In this document: piece by piece, positions 27,679-36,700 of the stretch
How positions within the stretch are numbered: the stretch's first letter is position 1
Layout of the letters: each line of letters opens with the position of its first letter
NCBI GenBank assembly: GCA_963711845.1
Contig: CAVQFR010000041.1
Coordinates: 21,182 to 85,181, forward strand
Source of the DNA: an uncultured delta proteobacterium
GTDB taxonomy: Bacteria > Desulfobacterota > BSN033 > UBA1163
DNA length: 64,000 nt
Direction of reading: 5' to 3'
Position numbers and translations under genes: made by a program
The notes under the pieces: model-generated
Told to the model about the DNA's origin: nothing
Seen by the model: the letters and a program-made list of their open reading frames with translations, nothing else
The model's database searches: none

Positions 27679-28851
27679 ATGGGGAAAAGGGTTGGAATGG
27701 AAGTTTCAATTGCTGCGGCCGAGGCGGTGAAGCAGGCCAATGTTGATGTGATCTCTGCTTATCCCATTACGCCTCAAACGCATATCGTTGAACACCTCTC
27801 GGAACTGGTGGCGAATGGAGAGATGGATGCAGAATTCTTTTGTGTGGAGTCCGAGCACTCCGCATTGAGCGTCTGCTTGGGGGCGGCGGCGACCGGGGCG
27901 AGGGCATTCACGTGCACGAGTTCTCAGGGGTTAGCCCTGATGAGTGAGATCACCTATATCGCCTCGGGCTTGAGGCTGCCGATGCTCATGATCCTTTCGA
28001 ATCGAACGCTCTCGGCTCCCTTGAGTATCTGGAACGATCATAGTGACGCGATGTCCATCCGGGACTGTGGGTGGGTTCAATTCTTCGTGGAGAACGGTCA
28101 AGAGGTCTATGACCATGTGTTTGTGTCCTATCGTTTAGCAGAGGATAAGAAGGTCCTCTTTCCGGTCATCATTAACATGGACGGATTCGTCCTCAGCCAT
28201 GTGATCGAACCGATCGAACTGATTCAGCAGGAGAAGATCGATCAGTTCCTTCCTCCTTATCAACCTGTTTACCAACTGCACCCTGATCATCCGGTGACCA
28301 TGGGTGCTTTTGCCCTTCCCAGCATCTTTGCGGAGGCAAAGAAAGCTCAAGAGGAGGCTCTCCGGTCATCGATCCCTAAGATCCTGGAAACCTGGAAGGC
28401 CTTCGGAGACATGACGGGGAGATATTATCATCCCGTCGAGAGCTATAAGACCGAGGATGCGGATACGTTGCTGGTCACTATGGGAAGTTGCAGCGAGACG
28501 GCCTCAGTGGCGGTGGATAAGATGCGAGAGGAGGGAAGATCTGTTGGGCTCGTCAAGATTCGACTCTGGCGACCTTTCCCCTTCGATGATTTCAAGAAGG
28601 CGACCCTCCGCGCCAAGCAGTTGGTGGTGATCGACCGTGCCATGTCCGTCGGGGCGTGTGGACCTGTTGCCTCGGAGGTGAAAGCAGCCCTCTATGGGAA
28701 GGACGACAGGCCATCCATCTATAATTTCGTTGCAGGGATTTCAGGAAGGGATGTGACTCCTTCAGACTTCGTCAAGATGGTGGACAAGGCAGAAATTGAG
28801 ATTGGAGAAGGAAATAAAGAAGGCTATGAAATGTATGGGGTGAGAGGATGA
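27679..28851 (+). CDS. porA: 2-oxoacid:ferredoxin oxidoreductase alpha subunit
   Basis: 390 aa in the POR alpha family. Overlaps the beta subunit gene by 4 nt. Confidence 0.9.
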   Translation: MGKRVGMEVSIAAAEAVKQANVDVISAYPITPQTHIVEHLSELVANGEMDAEFFCVESEHSALSVCLGAAATGARAFTCTSSQGLALMSEITYIASGLRLPMLMILSNRTLSAPLSIWNDHSDAMSIRDCGWVQFFVENGQEVYDHVFVSYRLAEDKKVLFPVIINMDGFVLSHVIEPIELIQQEKIDQFLPPYQPVYQLHPDHPVTMGAFALPSIFAEAKKAQEEALRSSIPKILETWKAFGDMTGRYYHPVESYKTEDADTLLVTMGSCSETASVAVDKMREEGRSVGLVKIRLWRPFPFDDFKKATLRAKQLVVIDRAMSVGACGPVASEVKAALYGKDDRPSIYNFVAGISGRDVTPSDFVKMVDKAEIEIGEGNKEGYEMYGVRG

Positions 28852-29780
28852 CTGAAAATTTAAATGTTTTTGCAGTTCGGACACTGACTCAAAAAGAATA
28901 TTTTACACCCGGCCATCGGTCCTGCCAGGGATGCGCCGAGGCATTGGCAGTGAGATTGGTTGCCAAAGCGGTGGGAAGGAACGTGATCATTGCGAATGCC
29001 ACAGGCTGTATGGAGATCGTTTCTTCTCCGTTGCCCTACACGGCTTGGAGGGTGCCCTGGTTCCATGTGGCTTTTGAGAATACGGCGGCTGTTGCCTCTG
29101 GCATTGAATCCGCCTTGAAGGTCTTAATGAGAAAGGGAAGAATCCCCAACAAAAAGATCGTCACCCTTGCCATGGGCGGGGATGGGGGAACAGCGGACAT
29201 CGGTTTCCAGGCGCTCTCCGGTGCCCTGGAGCGGGGGCACAACTTTCTCTACGTTTGCACCGACAATGAGGCCTATATGAACACCGGGATCCAGCGGTCC
29301 TCCTCGACGCCTTTTGGGGCATCCACGACCACCTCTCCCGTCGGGAAGGTTCAAATGGGGCAGATGACGTGGAAGAAAAATATGCCTGCCATCGCAGCGG
29401 CTCATAATATTCCTTATGTGGCCACCGCCTGCCCCAGTTATCCGATCGACTTGGTGCAGAAAGTGAAGAAGGCGGCTGATATCGAGGGTCCTGCCTACGT
29501 TCATATTCTTTCTGTTTGCCCCACCGGGTGGAGATCGGCGCCGGAACTCTCGATCAAGCTGGGCCGGTTGGCCGTAGAGACGGGGGTTTTTCCCCTTTAT
29601 GAGGTGGAGCGGGGGCAATATCGTCTGAATATTGATTTCCCGAAATTGAAGCCTATCAAGGAATATATCAAGCTTCAAGGAAGGTTCCGTCACCTCACGG
29701 ATGAAATGATCGGGGAGATTGAAAAACGAGTTCACAGGGAATATGAGCAATTAAGAGCGAAAGCAGGAAAGGGAGCTTGA
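28848..29780 (+). CDS. porB: 2-oxoacid:ferredoxin oxidoreductase beta subunit (TPP-binding)
   Basis: TPP motif GDGG..DIG and Cys ligands for the proximal [4Fe-4S] cluster. Confidence 0.9.
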   Translation: MTENLNVFAVRTLTQKEYFTPGHRSCQGCAEALAVRLVAKAVGRNVIIANATGCMEIVSSPLPYTAWRVPWFHVAFENTAAVASGIESALKVLMRKGRIPNKKIVTLAMGGDGGTADIGFQALSGALERGHNFLYVCTDNEAYMNTGIQRSSSTPFGASTTTSPVGKVQMGQMTWKKNMPAIAAAHNIPYVATACPSYPIDLVQKVKKAADIEGPAYVHILSVCPTGWRSAPELSIKLGRLAVETGVFPLYEVERGQYRLNIDFPKLKPIKEYIKLQGRFRHLTDEMIGEIEKRVHREYEQLRAKAGKGA

Positions 29781-29781
29781 G

Positions 29782-30234
29782 ATGGAAGTTTCAAAGATTG
29801 ACGGTATCATTCGACAATACGGGGCAAGGGAATCAGCGATCCTGGCCATCCTGCAAGATATACAGGCTGAGGAAAAGTACCTTCCCAAGGAAACGTTGGA
29901 GTACGTTTCTCAGAGGATGGAGATTCCCCTGGGGCAGGTCTTTCGCATTGCCACGTTCTATAACGCATTAAGCCTGAAGCCCCGGGGTCGGCACAAGATT
30001 GATGTGTGCCTTGGGACGGCCTGCCATGTCCGAGGGGGGGAAAGAATTTTAAGTAAACTGGAGAGAGATCTGGGCGTCTCTGTGGGGGAGACCACCAAGG
30101 ATAAACGGTTCACCTTGGAATCGGTTCATTGCGTTGGCTGCTGCAGTTTGGGGCCAGTGGCTGTCATTGACGGAGACGTCTTCGGCCGTCTTTCACAGGA
30201 TAAGGTGCCTGGCCTGTTAAAAGATTTCAAATAA
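29782..30234 (+). CDS. NuoE/HydC/HoxE-like thioredoxin-fold [2Fe-2S] subunit
   Basis: 150 aa with Cys motifs C..CxxxC...C (CLGTACHVRG...CVGCC). Starts 2 nt after the porB stop. Confidence 0.85.
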   Translation: MEVSKIDGIIRQYGARESAILAILQDIQAEEKYLPKETLEYVSQRMEIPLGQVFRIATFYNALSLKPRGRHKIDVCLGTACHVRGGERILSKLERDLGVSVGETTKDKRFTLESVHCVGCCSLGPVAVIDGDVFGRLSQDKVPGLLKDFK

Positions 30235-30435
30235 TTGGTTGTGATCAAATCGTAACCCTGGCAGGCAGGATGCCGATGCTTGACGGACACGAAAAACGGA
30301 AACGCCTGCGTGCTGAAACGTCTTGTCCAAAGCGTTCTCATCCGCCACAGAACCTTTTCTGGAGCGAGGCAGGTGAAGATGGATACTACGGCGTGCAAGC
30401 ACGGTCACGTTATCTAAGTTAAGATTGAGGGAAAA

Positions 30436-32364
30436 ATGAATATTCAGACGAAGAACGATTTGGAGAAGATAAGAGAAGAAGGCTTGAAATCTCTTTATCC
30501 CGGTGCGGCGAAGATTTCTGTAGGGATGGCGACCTGCGGTCTCGCCACGGGTGCCGGTAAGGTTTACGAGGCCATTCAAAAAGCGATAGAAAAAGCCAAG
30601 GTTCCGATCCTTCTGGGACGGACAGGCTGCATCGGTTTCTGCCAGAGAGAGCCCGTCGTGGATATTTTGGAGCCGGGAAAACCCAGAGTCTTCTATCAGG
30701 AGGTGACCCCTGAGCGCTGCGGCGAGTTGGTTGAGAAATGGCTGGAGAACAGAGTGGTGGAGGATCTGTTGTTCTGCAAGATGGAAAAAGAGGACCGAAT
30801 CCTTGAGGGTTCGGCAAAAGATTACTCCATCCGGAGCGTCCCCGCAGGAATGGATGGGACTCCCAGTTATCATCAGGTCCCCTTTTACAGCAAACAGTTA
30901 AAGATTGCGCTGAGGAACTGCGGGTTCATCGATCCCGATCATATCGAGGAGTACGTTGCCAGGGGAGGATATTTCTCTCTCTATCGAGCCCTCTTCGAAA
31001 TGAAGCCGGAAGAAATCATTGAAGAGGTAAAGCGATCAGGTCTCCGCGGGAGAGGAGGGGCTGGGTTTCCGACAGGCAGTAAATGGGATTCATGCCGGAA
31101 GGCAAAGGGGGATCGGAAATTCATCCTCTGCAACGCCGACGAAGGGGACCCGGGAGCCTATATGGACCGAAGCATCCTGGAAGGCGATCCTCACAGCGTG
31201 ATCGAGGGGATGATTATCGGGGCCTATGCCATCGGGGCCCACGAAGGATATATCTATGTCAGGGATGAATATCCGCTGGCTATCGAAAAGCTCAAGATCG
31301 CCATCCGTCAGGCCGAAGAGAGAGGGCTGTTGGGTGATCATATTATGGGGTCTGGCTTTTCGCTCAAAATCAACCTTTTCCGGGGAGGCGGGGCGTTTGT
31401 CTGCGGAGAATCCACAGCCCTGATGGCCTCCATCGAGGGGAAGGTTGGAGAGCCGAGGGCCAAACATATTCACACCACGGAAAGCGGTCTCTGGGATAAA
31501 CCCAGTAACCTGAACAACGTGGAAACCTGGAATAACGTCCCCATGATCATTTCAAGGGGTGCAGACTGGTATTCGAAGATCGGAACCGAGGGGAGCAAAG
31601 GGACAAAGGTCTTCTCCATTGTGGGAAAGGTGAACAATACCGGTCTGATTGAAGTTCCCATGGGAGCCAAACTGCGAGAGATCGTTTATGATATCGGAGG
31701 AGGAATTCCAGATGGAAAGAAGTTCAAAGCGGTTCAGACCGGAGGCCCTTCGGGTGGATGTATTCCTGAATCGCTGATTGATATGCCCGTGGATTACGAT
31801 CAGTTGACCGAGGTGGGCTCGATGATGGGCTCCGGCGGAATGATCGTCATGGATGAGTCCACATGCATGGTAGACGTCGCAAAATATTTCATGAACTTTC
31901 TCAAGAGCGAATCCTGTGGAAAGTGTACCTCCTGCCGGGAAGGGACGAAGCGGATGCATGAGATCCTGACGGAGATTGCCGAGGGACGAGGAACCGCGGA
32001 TCACATCGACCTTTTGAAGGAATTGGGATGGGTGACCGCAGAAGCCTCTCTCTGCCAGCTGGGAGCCACGGCTCCGAATCCCGTCCTCTCCACCCTCCGG
32101 TACTTCCAGAGCGAATATGAAGAACATATTATCAATAAGCGATGTCCGGCAAAGGTCTGTCAGGCACTGCTCCGATACCGGGTTCTCTCTGATGTCTGCA
32201 AGAGGTGTGGCCAATGCATCAAGGCCTGTCCGGCCGAGGCCATCACCGGCAAGAAGAAGACGAAGAAGGAGGCCGGAGAGCCCTTTAAAATCGATACCAA
32301 AAAGTGTACCCGGTGCGGGATGTGTTTTGAGGCCTGCAAATTCGAAGCGATAGAAGTCGAATAA
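30436..32364 (+). CDS. NuoF/HydB/HndC-like NAD(H)- and FMN-binding subunit with an extra N-terminal [2Fe-2S] Trx-like domain and a C-terminal 2x[4Fe-4S] domain
   Basis: 642 aa. NuoF core (GRGGAGFPTGSKW, FMN/NADH sites, CxxCxxC...C), an N-terminal HndC-type domain and C-terminal ferredoxin motifs (CKRCGQCIKACP, CTRCGMCFEAC). Confidence 0.9.
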   Translation: MNIQTKNDLEKIREEGLKSLYPGAAKISVGMATCGLATGAGKVYEAIQKAIEKAKVPILLGRTGCIGFCQREPVVDILEPGKPRVFYQEVTPERCGELVEKWLENRVVEDLLFCKMEKEDRILEGSAKDYSIRSVPAGMDGTPSYHQVPFYSKQLKIALRNCGFIDPDHIEEYVARGGYFSLYRALFEMKPEEIIEEVKRSGLRGRGGAGFPTGSKWDSCRKAKGDRKFILCNADEGDPGAYMDRSILEGDPHSVIEGMIIGAYAIGAHEGYIYVRDEYPLAIEKLKIAIRQAEERGLLGDHIMGSGFSLKINLFRGGGAFVCGESTALMASIEGKVGEPRAKHIHTTESGLWDKPSNLNNVETWNNVPMIISRGADWYSKIGTEGSKGTKVFSIVGKVNNTGLIEVPMGAKLREIVYDIGGGIPDGKKFKAVQTGGPSGGCIPESLIDMPVDYDQLTEVGSMMGSGGMIVMDESTCMVDVAKYFMNFLKSESCGKCTSCREGTKRMHEILTEIAEGRGTADHIDLLKELGWVTAEASLCQLGATAPNPVLSTLRYFQSEYEEHIINKRCPAKVCQALLRYRVLSDVCKRCGQCIKACPAEAITGKKKTKKEAGEPFKIDTKKCTRCGMCFEACKFEAIEVE

Positions 32365-32512
32365 AATATAGAGTAAATAGGTTAATGAGTGATTACGTTA
32401 ATAAGTTATCAGGGGACATAACCAGTCGACAATTCGATACTCATTCACTCATTAACTTATTACCTCATTGACTGAATACTTCAACAACCTGTGCTCACCC
32501 GGAGGAAAATCC

Positions 32513-33226
32513 ATGATTCCTTTTGTGATTGACGGTCAACCCGTAGAAGGAAAAGAAGGCGGGAATGTTTTAGAAGTAGCGATGGATGCAGGCATCGATA
32601 TTCCACACCTCTGTTTTAGCGAGGCGGTGAAGCCCTACGGCGCCTGCCGTCTCTGTCTTGTGGAAGTGGGGAGGAGAGGAAGATCGAAGATGACCACTTC
32701 TTGCACCTATCCTGTTTTGGAAGGAATTGAGGTGTTCACACAAACAGAGAAGGTGTTGCGTGCCCGCCGAATGATCATCGAACTCATCTTGGCGATGTGC
32801 CCTGGCGACAAGCTCATACAGGAGTTGGCCAGAAAGATGGGGGTGAATGGGGTCCGATTCAAGCAAGAGGACAAGGACTGCATCCTTTGTGGTCTTTGCG
32901 GCAGGGTCTGCGAAGAAGTCGTGGGGGCCAATGCCATCCAGTTCGCCTTTCGTGGAGATCGGCGGGAGATGATCCCGCCCTTTCAAGGAGAAGCGATGAG
33001 CTGTATCGCTTGCGGTGCCTGTGTGATCGCCTGTCCTGTAGATGTCATTCGGATGAAGGAAGAAAAGGATGAGCGGACGATCATCCGGTGGAAACGAACA
33101 TTGAAAATGAAACAATGTAAAATCTGTGGAAATTATTTCGCCCCCTGGTTTCAGTTGGAAAAGTTCAAAGAGCAGGCCAAACTCCAAAAAGATTTTTTTG
33201 ATGTCTGTTATACGTGTCGGACTTGA
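32513..33226 (+). CDS. NuoG-N-terminal / HoxU / HydA-N-terminal-like FeS subunit lacking any catalytic domain
   Basis: [2Fe-2S] ferredoxin fold (C..GACRLC..C), a His/Cys cluster motif and two [4Fe-4S] motifs. Start ATG at 32513 after GGAGG. About 237 aa. Confidence 0.8.
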   Translation: MIPFVIDGQPVEGKEGGNVLEVAMDAGIDIPHLCFSEAVKPYGACRLCLVEVGRRGRSKMTTSCTYPVLEGIEVFTQTEKVLRARRMIIELILAMCPGDKLIQELARKMGVNGVRFKQEDKDCILCGLCGRVCEEVVGANAIQFAFRGDRREMIPPFQGEAMSCIACGACVIACPVDVIRMKEEKDERTIIRWKRTLKMKQCKICGNYFAPWFQLEKFKEQAKLQKDFFDVCYTCRT

Positions 33227-33287
33227 AATCTCTGCTCAATTCAAGTATATTTAAGAGAAGAGGCATGTTCAATAGGAGGTGACGGGT

Positions 33288-33731
33288 ATGACCCTGGTAA
33301 AATGGGAACCCTTCCGAGATCTGATGACCATGCAAGACCGAATGACCCGACTGATTGACGAAACTCTTTCTCGTATTTGGAAAGAGGAAGTTCGTCAGGG
33401 AGTTTGGTCCCCGTCTGTGGATATTCTGGAGAAAGGAAACGAAGTGATCTTGAAAGTTGATCTTCCCGAAGTGAATCAGAATGAGATCGATATCAGAGCA
33501 GAAGAAAACACCCTGATCATTCAAGGGGAGAGAAGGTTTATCAAAGAGTCTTCCGAAGAAAACTATGTTCAGATTGAAAGACCCTACGGAACCTTTCGCC
33601 GGACGTTTAGCATCCCGAGAACGATCGATCAGGAGGGAATTAGGGCTTCTTATAAGGATGGAGTGCTTCGAGTCGTCCTTCCGAGAAAACAGGAAATTCA
33701 ACCCAAGCAGATTGCGGTTGAACCTAAATAG
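33288..33731 (+). CDS. Hsp20/alpha-crystallin family small heat-shock protein
   Basis: ACD domain (...VDILEKGNEVILKVDLPEV...GVLRVVLPRK). Start ATG at 33288 after AGGAGG. Confidence 0.85.
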   Translation: MTLVKWEPFRDLMTMQDRMTRLIDETLSRIWKEEVRQGVWSPSVDILEKGNEVILKVDLPEVNQNEIDIRAEENTLIIQGERRFIKESSEENYVQIERPYGTFRRTFSIPRTIDQEGIRASYKDGVLRVVLPRKQEIQPKQIAVEPK

Positions 33732-33747
33732 ATGAGAGGGGAAGGGG

Positions 33748-33780
33748 GCCCTTTGAAAGAGGGTCCCCTTTTTTTATTTC
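33748..33780 (+). terminator. Rho-independent terminator
   Basis: gggggccctttgaaagagggtcccc followed by ttttttt. Confidence 0.7.
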
Positions 33781-34112
33781 TTAGGAACCTTCTCCCAGTC
33801 TGCCGAAGACTTTTCGATACCGATATCTGTCTCACCCCAGTCCGTTCCCATCGGTGAAATATCGTCCAATCTTCCGATGAATCCTCTTCTCCCGAAAATC
33901 CCTTGATCGGCTTTAGGCCCTCTGTCGCCGCAAGCACGGGGTATAAAATCTATCTTCCCCTGACAGATCAACACGGGATGGGAGAAGACGCTATCCATGA
34001 CTCCCATCTCGTACGCCTTCCGAATCCCGCAAGGACTGGTTTTACCGACAAAGAGTTTGACCCGACCGTGCTCCTGAAACAAATATAGGTGGCAGAAAAA
34101 AGTTCCTGCCAC
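33774..34112 (-). CDS. Hypothetical protein (the 5' end overlaps a terminator hairpin, so the real start is uncertain)
   Basis: 112 aa ORF with no confident family assignment. A ...GKTSPCGIR... segment weakly resembles an L,D-transpeptidase active site but the Cys/Gly order differs. Confidence 0.25.
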   Translation of the reverse strand: MAGTFFCHLYLFQEHGRVKLFVGKTSPCGIRKAYEMGVMDSVFSHPVLICQGKIDFIPRACGDRGPKADQGIFGRRGFIGRLDDISPMGTDWGETDIGIEKSSADWEKVPKK

Positions 34113-34147
34113 CTATACGTCCATACTTCATGGATTAATGGACCTGG

Positions 34148-34906
34148 TTATGGGATCACTCTAAATTCCACTCTCCGGTTTTTGGCGCGACCCTCTTTGG
34201 TCTTATTATCAGCAACAGGTTTTTGGCTTCCATAGCCCTTGGTAGTCATTCGGTCGCCCGGAATGGTGAATTTATCCATCAGATACTTCTTAGCGCTTTC
34301 CGCTCTCTTCTCTGAAATCTTCTGCCTCGCTATCTCCGATCCCACTGCATCCGTGTGGCCTCCGATTTCAACTTTGATGTTCGGATTGTCCTTCAGGATC
34401 ATCGCGTCTTGGTCCAACGCCTTGGCAGCTACAGGATCGATATTCGTTTTGTTCTCGTTAAAGTAGACGTTTTCGAATATCGGCACTGGCTTCGGTGCTG
34501 GAGGCGGCGGTGCCGGTGCTGGTTTGGGTGGTTCCGGTGGTGGTGGTGCAGGTGTTGGTGGCGGCGGCGGCGGTGGAGGTGCAGGTGCCGGTGGCGCCGG
34601 TTTTTCTTCACAAGGTGTGAGCTTGAGAGCTTCTAATGACTTCTCTTTGGCAATTTTTGCATGTAAGTCCAGATCCTCCAACTCTCTCCAATAGTATTGC
34701 ATTTCATGATCGGCCAACGCAAGATTGGCCTCTGCTGTCCCATATTGACAAGGTGCACATTTCTTTGCTCCAGCAATGGTGGCCTTCTGGAAGGCTTCTT
34801 TTGCCTCGTTATAGACCATTACCGTCGCTTTGGGTGCACATCCTGAGGCAATCACTGCTCCCAGGATGAGTAGTAATAAGATCATCCATTTCCTGTTCAT
34901 CTTCAT
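34148..34906 (-). CDS. OmpA-family lipoprotein: N-terminal DUF4398-like domain, Pro-rich linker, C-terminal OmpA peptidoglycan-binding domain
   Basis: Lipobox LILGAVIASGC. Linker PAPPAPAPPPPPPPPTPAPPPPEPPKPAPAPPPPAPKP. OmpA-C motif (...NRRVEF). Confidence 0.8.
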   Translation of the reverse strand: MKMNRKWMILLLLILGAVIASGCAPKATVMVYNEAKEAFQKATIAGAKKCAPCQYGTAEANLALADHEMQYYWRELEDLDLHAKIAKEKSLEALKLTPCEEKPAPPAPAPPPPPPPPTPAPPPPEPPKPAPAPPPPAPKPVPIFENVYFNENKTNIDPVAAKALDQDAMILKDNPNIKVEIGGHTDAVGSEIARQKISEKRAESAKKYLMDKFTIPGDRMTTKGYGSQKPVADNKTKEGRAKNRRVEFRVIP

Positions 34907-34933
34907 AATTCACCCCCTCTCTTCTTTTCTAAA

Positions 34934-35227
34934 CTATTTTTTCTTGATTTCGGCTAATCCGGCTTGGGCGGCAGATTTGGAGCGTTCTGCAAGTCCTTTG
35001 GCTGGCCCAAAATCACCCTGGCTAAATTCAACTTTGGAAACTTCTAAAAACCCCTCGGCACTACAGTATTCATAGGGAACTTGCTTCTCCCCTCCTGCCC
35101 CCTTCAGTTCGGAAAGCAACTTCTCAGCATTCCCGATCTCCTTCTTGGCGCTGAAATAATAACACCCGGAAAGAGAGAGGGTAAAGAAAACAAAAATAAA
35201 GAAAAATATGAAATATCCTTTCTTCAT
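34934..35227 (-). CDS. DUF4398-like lipoprotein
   Basis: Lipobox FTLSLSGC. Start ATG at 35227 after GGGGGTGA. Paired with the downstream OmpA-like gene, a common arrangement. Confidence 0.6.
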   Translation of the reverse strand: MKKGYFIFFFIFVFFTLSLSGCYYFSAKKEIGNAEKLLSELKGAGGEKQVPYEYCSAEGFLEVSKVEFSQGDFGPAKGLAERSKSAAQAGLAEIKKK

Positions 35228-35446
35228 ACAGTCACCCCCTTTCAAGTTTTAATAAAAAACCTATCATTGTTTAGGCTATCGAACATATCCCAGTTTGTCA
35301 AAATTTTTTGAGTTTTTTTGAGTTTTGTTCCAAACAAGCAAAACTCATCCGAACCGGTCGAAGGAATAAACAAAGTCAATTCTGTATTCTGGGAGAAAAA
35401 AGACTATATTCTTATCTCAATCTCCGTGCTTGAGCTTTAGGTTTTT

Positions 35447-35704
35447 CTAAGATTTCTTTTCTTCAAGGAATTTTCTCAGACATTCCTTACTGCAGAAATA
35501 ATAATCTCTTCCTTCTACCCTTTTTCTAACGGCAGTTCGCTTTGGGATATAGGTTTGGCAATAGGGATCTTGGACAAGTTCTTCTGGTTCAAACTCTCTG
35601 TTCAATTTTTTCCTCTGCACGAATATGTCTTTAATAAGGTAGTGAAGGATCGCATAAAGGAGGAGAAGAAGAAGGATGAATAAAATGAAACGAGCCATGA
35701 TCAA
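35447..35704 (-). CDS. Small membrane-anchored protein with a C-terminal Cys-pair (YHS/TRASH-like) motif
   Basis: 85 aa with an N-terminal TM helix and PYCQTY...YFCSKEC. Confidence 0.4.
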   Translation of the reverse strand: MIMARFILFILLLLLLYAILHYLIKDIFVQRKKLNREFEPEELVQDPYCQTYIPKRTAVRKRVEGRDYYFCSKECLRKFLEEKKS

Positions 35705-36251
35705 TTTCCTCTGATTGAAGATCGAAAATTGAAAAATCTGAAATCTTAAATCTAAAATTTGAAATTAGAGTTTTTCTACCCCCTGATCCTCCTTGAGATT
35801 GTTTAAGAGCTCTTGGATGGTTTTCTTCAAAACAGGATGGAATGAGATTTCGATCGATTTCAACCAATGGGATGAGGACAAATTGGCGATTTTGGATGAG
35901 AGGGTGGGGGATTTGGAGTTCCTCGGTGTGAATTTCAATATCATCGAAGAAGAGAATATCCAGATCAATCGTTCGGGGTCCCCATCGAAAGGTTTCTGTG
36001 CGACCCCGCTGGGATTCGATGGTCTTCAACGTGTGGAGGAGTTCAGGGGCTTCCAGATCCGTCTCGATTTTTATTACCCCGTTGACAAACCAATCCTGGC
36101 AGGTATAGCCCATGGGTTGCGTTTTAAAGAGCGAAGATTTTGCTAAGAGTCTGTGACGGTCGAGTTTTAAGATCTGTGAAATGGCTTTTTCGCAGTGGTG
36201 TAACTTATCGCCAAGGTTAGAACCAATCCCGATGTAGGCAATGTGTCCCAT
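35631..36251 (-). CDS. folK: 2-amino-4-hydroxy-6-hydroxymethyldihydropteridine diphosphokinase (HPPK) with a C-terminal extension
   Basis: MGHIAYIGIGSNLGD...RWGPRTIDLDILFF... is the HPPK family sequence. Start chosen at the internal Met (36251). The upstream part of the long ORF overlaps tatA. Confidence 0.8.
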   Translation of the reverse strand: MGHIAYIGIGSNLGDKLHHCEKAISQILKLDRHRLLAKSSLFKTQPMGYTCQDWFVNGVIKIETDLEAPELLHTLKTIESQRGRTETFRWGPRTIDLDILFFDDIEIHTEELQIPHPLIQNRQFVLIPLVEIDRNLIPSCFEENHPRALKQSQGGSGGRKTLISNFRFKISDFSIFDLQSEEIDHGSFHFIHPSSSPPLCDPSLPY

Positions 36252-36345
36252 TCTGATCGGAGGAAAGAAGCTTGACTTTTCACCCCGCACCTTTGGGTGA
36301 GGATATCGTGCATAGAAGTCCTGCAACTCGGGAGACGGTGCGGGT

Positions 36346-36534
36346 TCACTTTTTTTCTGAAATCTCTTCTGGTTTCTTGGGAGTGACGTCGATCTCTTCG
36401 TCTTTGGTCGACTTCTTAAAGTTTCGGATCCCTTTTCCAAGTCCTTCACCGATCTGAGGGAGTTTCCCAGCACCGAAAATGATCAAAATGATGACCAAGA
36501 TGACGATCAACTCCGGCATTCCTATTCCAAACAT
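36346..36534 (-). CDS. tatA: Sec-independent protein translocase TatA/E
   Basis: [42 protein letters not shown].... Start at about 36534. Confidence 0.85.
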   Translation of the reverse strand: MFGIGMPELIVILVIILIIFGAGKLPQIGEGLGKGIRNFKKSTKDEEIDVTPKKPEEISEKK

Positions 36535-36606
36535 TTTTTTCTCCTTTTCAATGTTATTAAACAAGCTCACCTGCCCATCACAGGCAGGCCGCAATCCGTT
36601 ACAATT

Positions 36607-36700
36607 TGGCGGAAGTGCATGGGAATCGAACCCACCACGGACATCTCTGCCCGTCACTGGATTTGAAGTCCAGGAGGCCCACCAGAACCTGTCCACTTCC
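36607..36700 (-). tRNA. selC: tRNA-Sec (selenocysteine, anticodon UCA)
   Basis: Reverse complement reads GGAAGTGGACAGGTTCTGGTGGGCCTCCTGGACTTCAAATCCAGTGACGGGCAGAGATGTCCGTGGTGGGTTCGATTCCCATGCACTTCCGCCA. The anticodon arm CTGGACTTCAAATCCAG is identical to E. coli selC as recalled from memory. Long variable arm, long acceptor stem, encoded CCA. Confidence 0.85.

Noticed and set aside
33774-34112. Possible L,D-transpeptidase catalytic fragment (HG...SPCGIR)
   Set aside because: The putative active-site tetrad reads CGIR rather than GCIR and HG-to-Cys spacing is off. The N-terminal two-thirds of an LDT domain are absent. Kept only as a low-confidence hypothetical ORF.
34355-34636. Trp/Arg/Cys-rich ORF (...RCWRRRCRCWFGWFRWWWCRCWW...) and His-rich ORF 34429..34611
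   Set aside because: Alternative-frame and antisense translations of the GC-rich poly-Pro/Ala-encoding repeat of the OmpA-like gene, not real proteins. The repeat is also not a CRISPR array (no spacer/repeat alternation).
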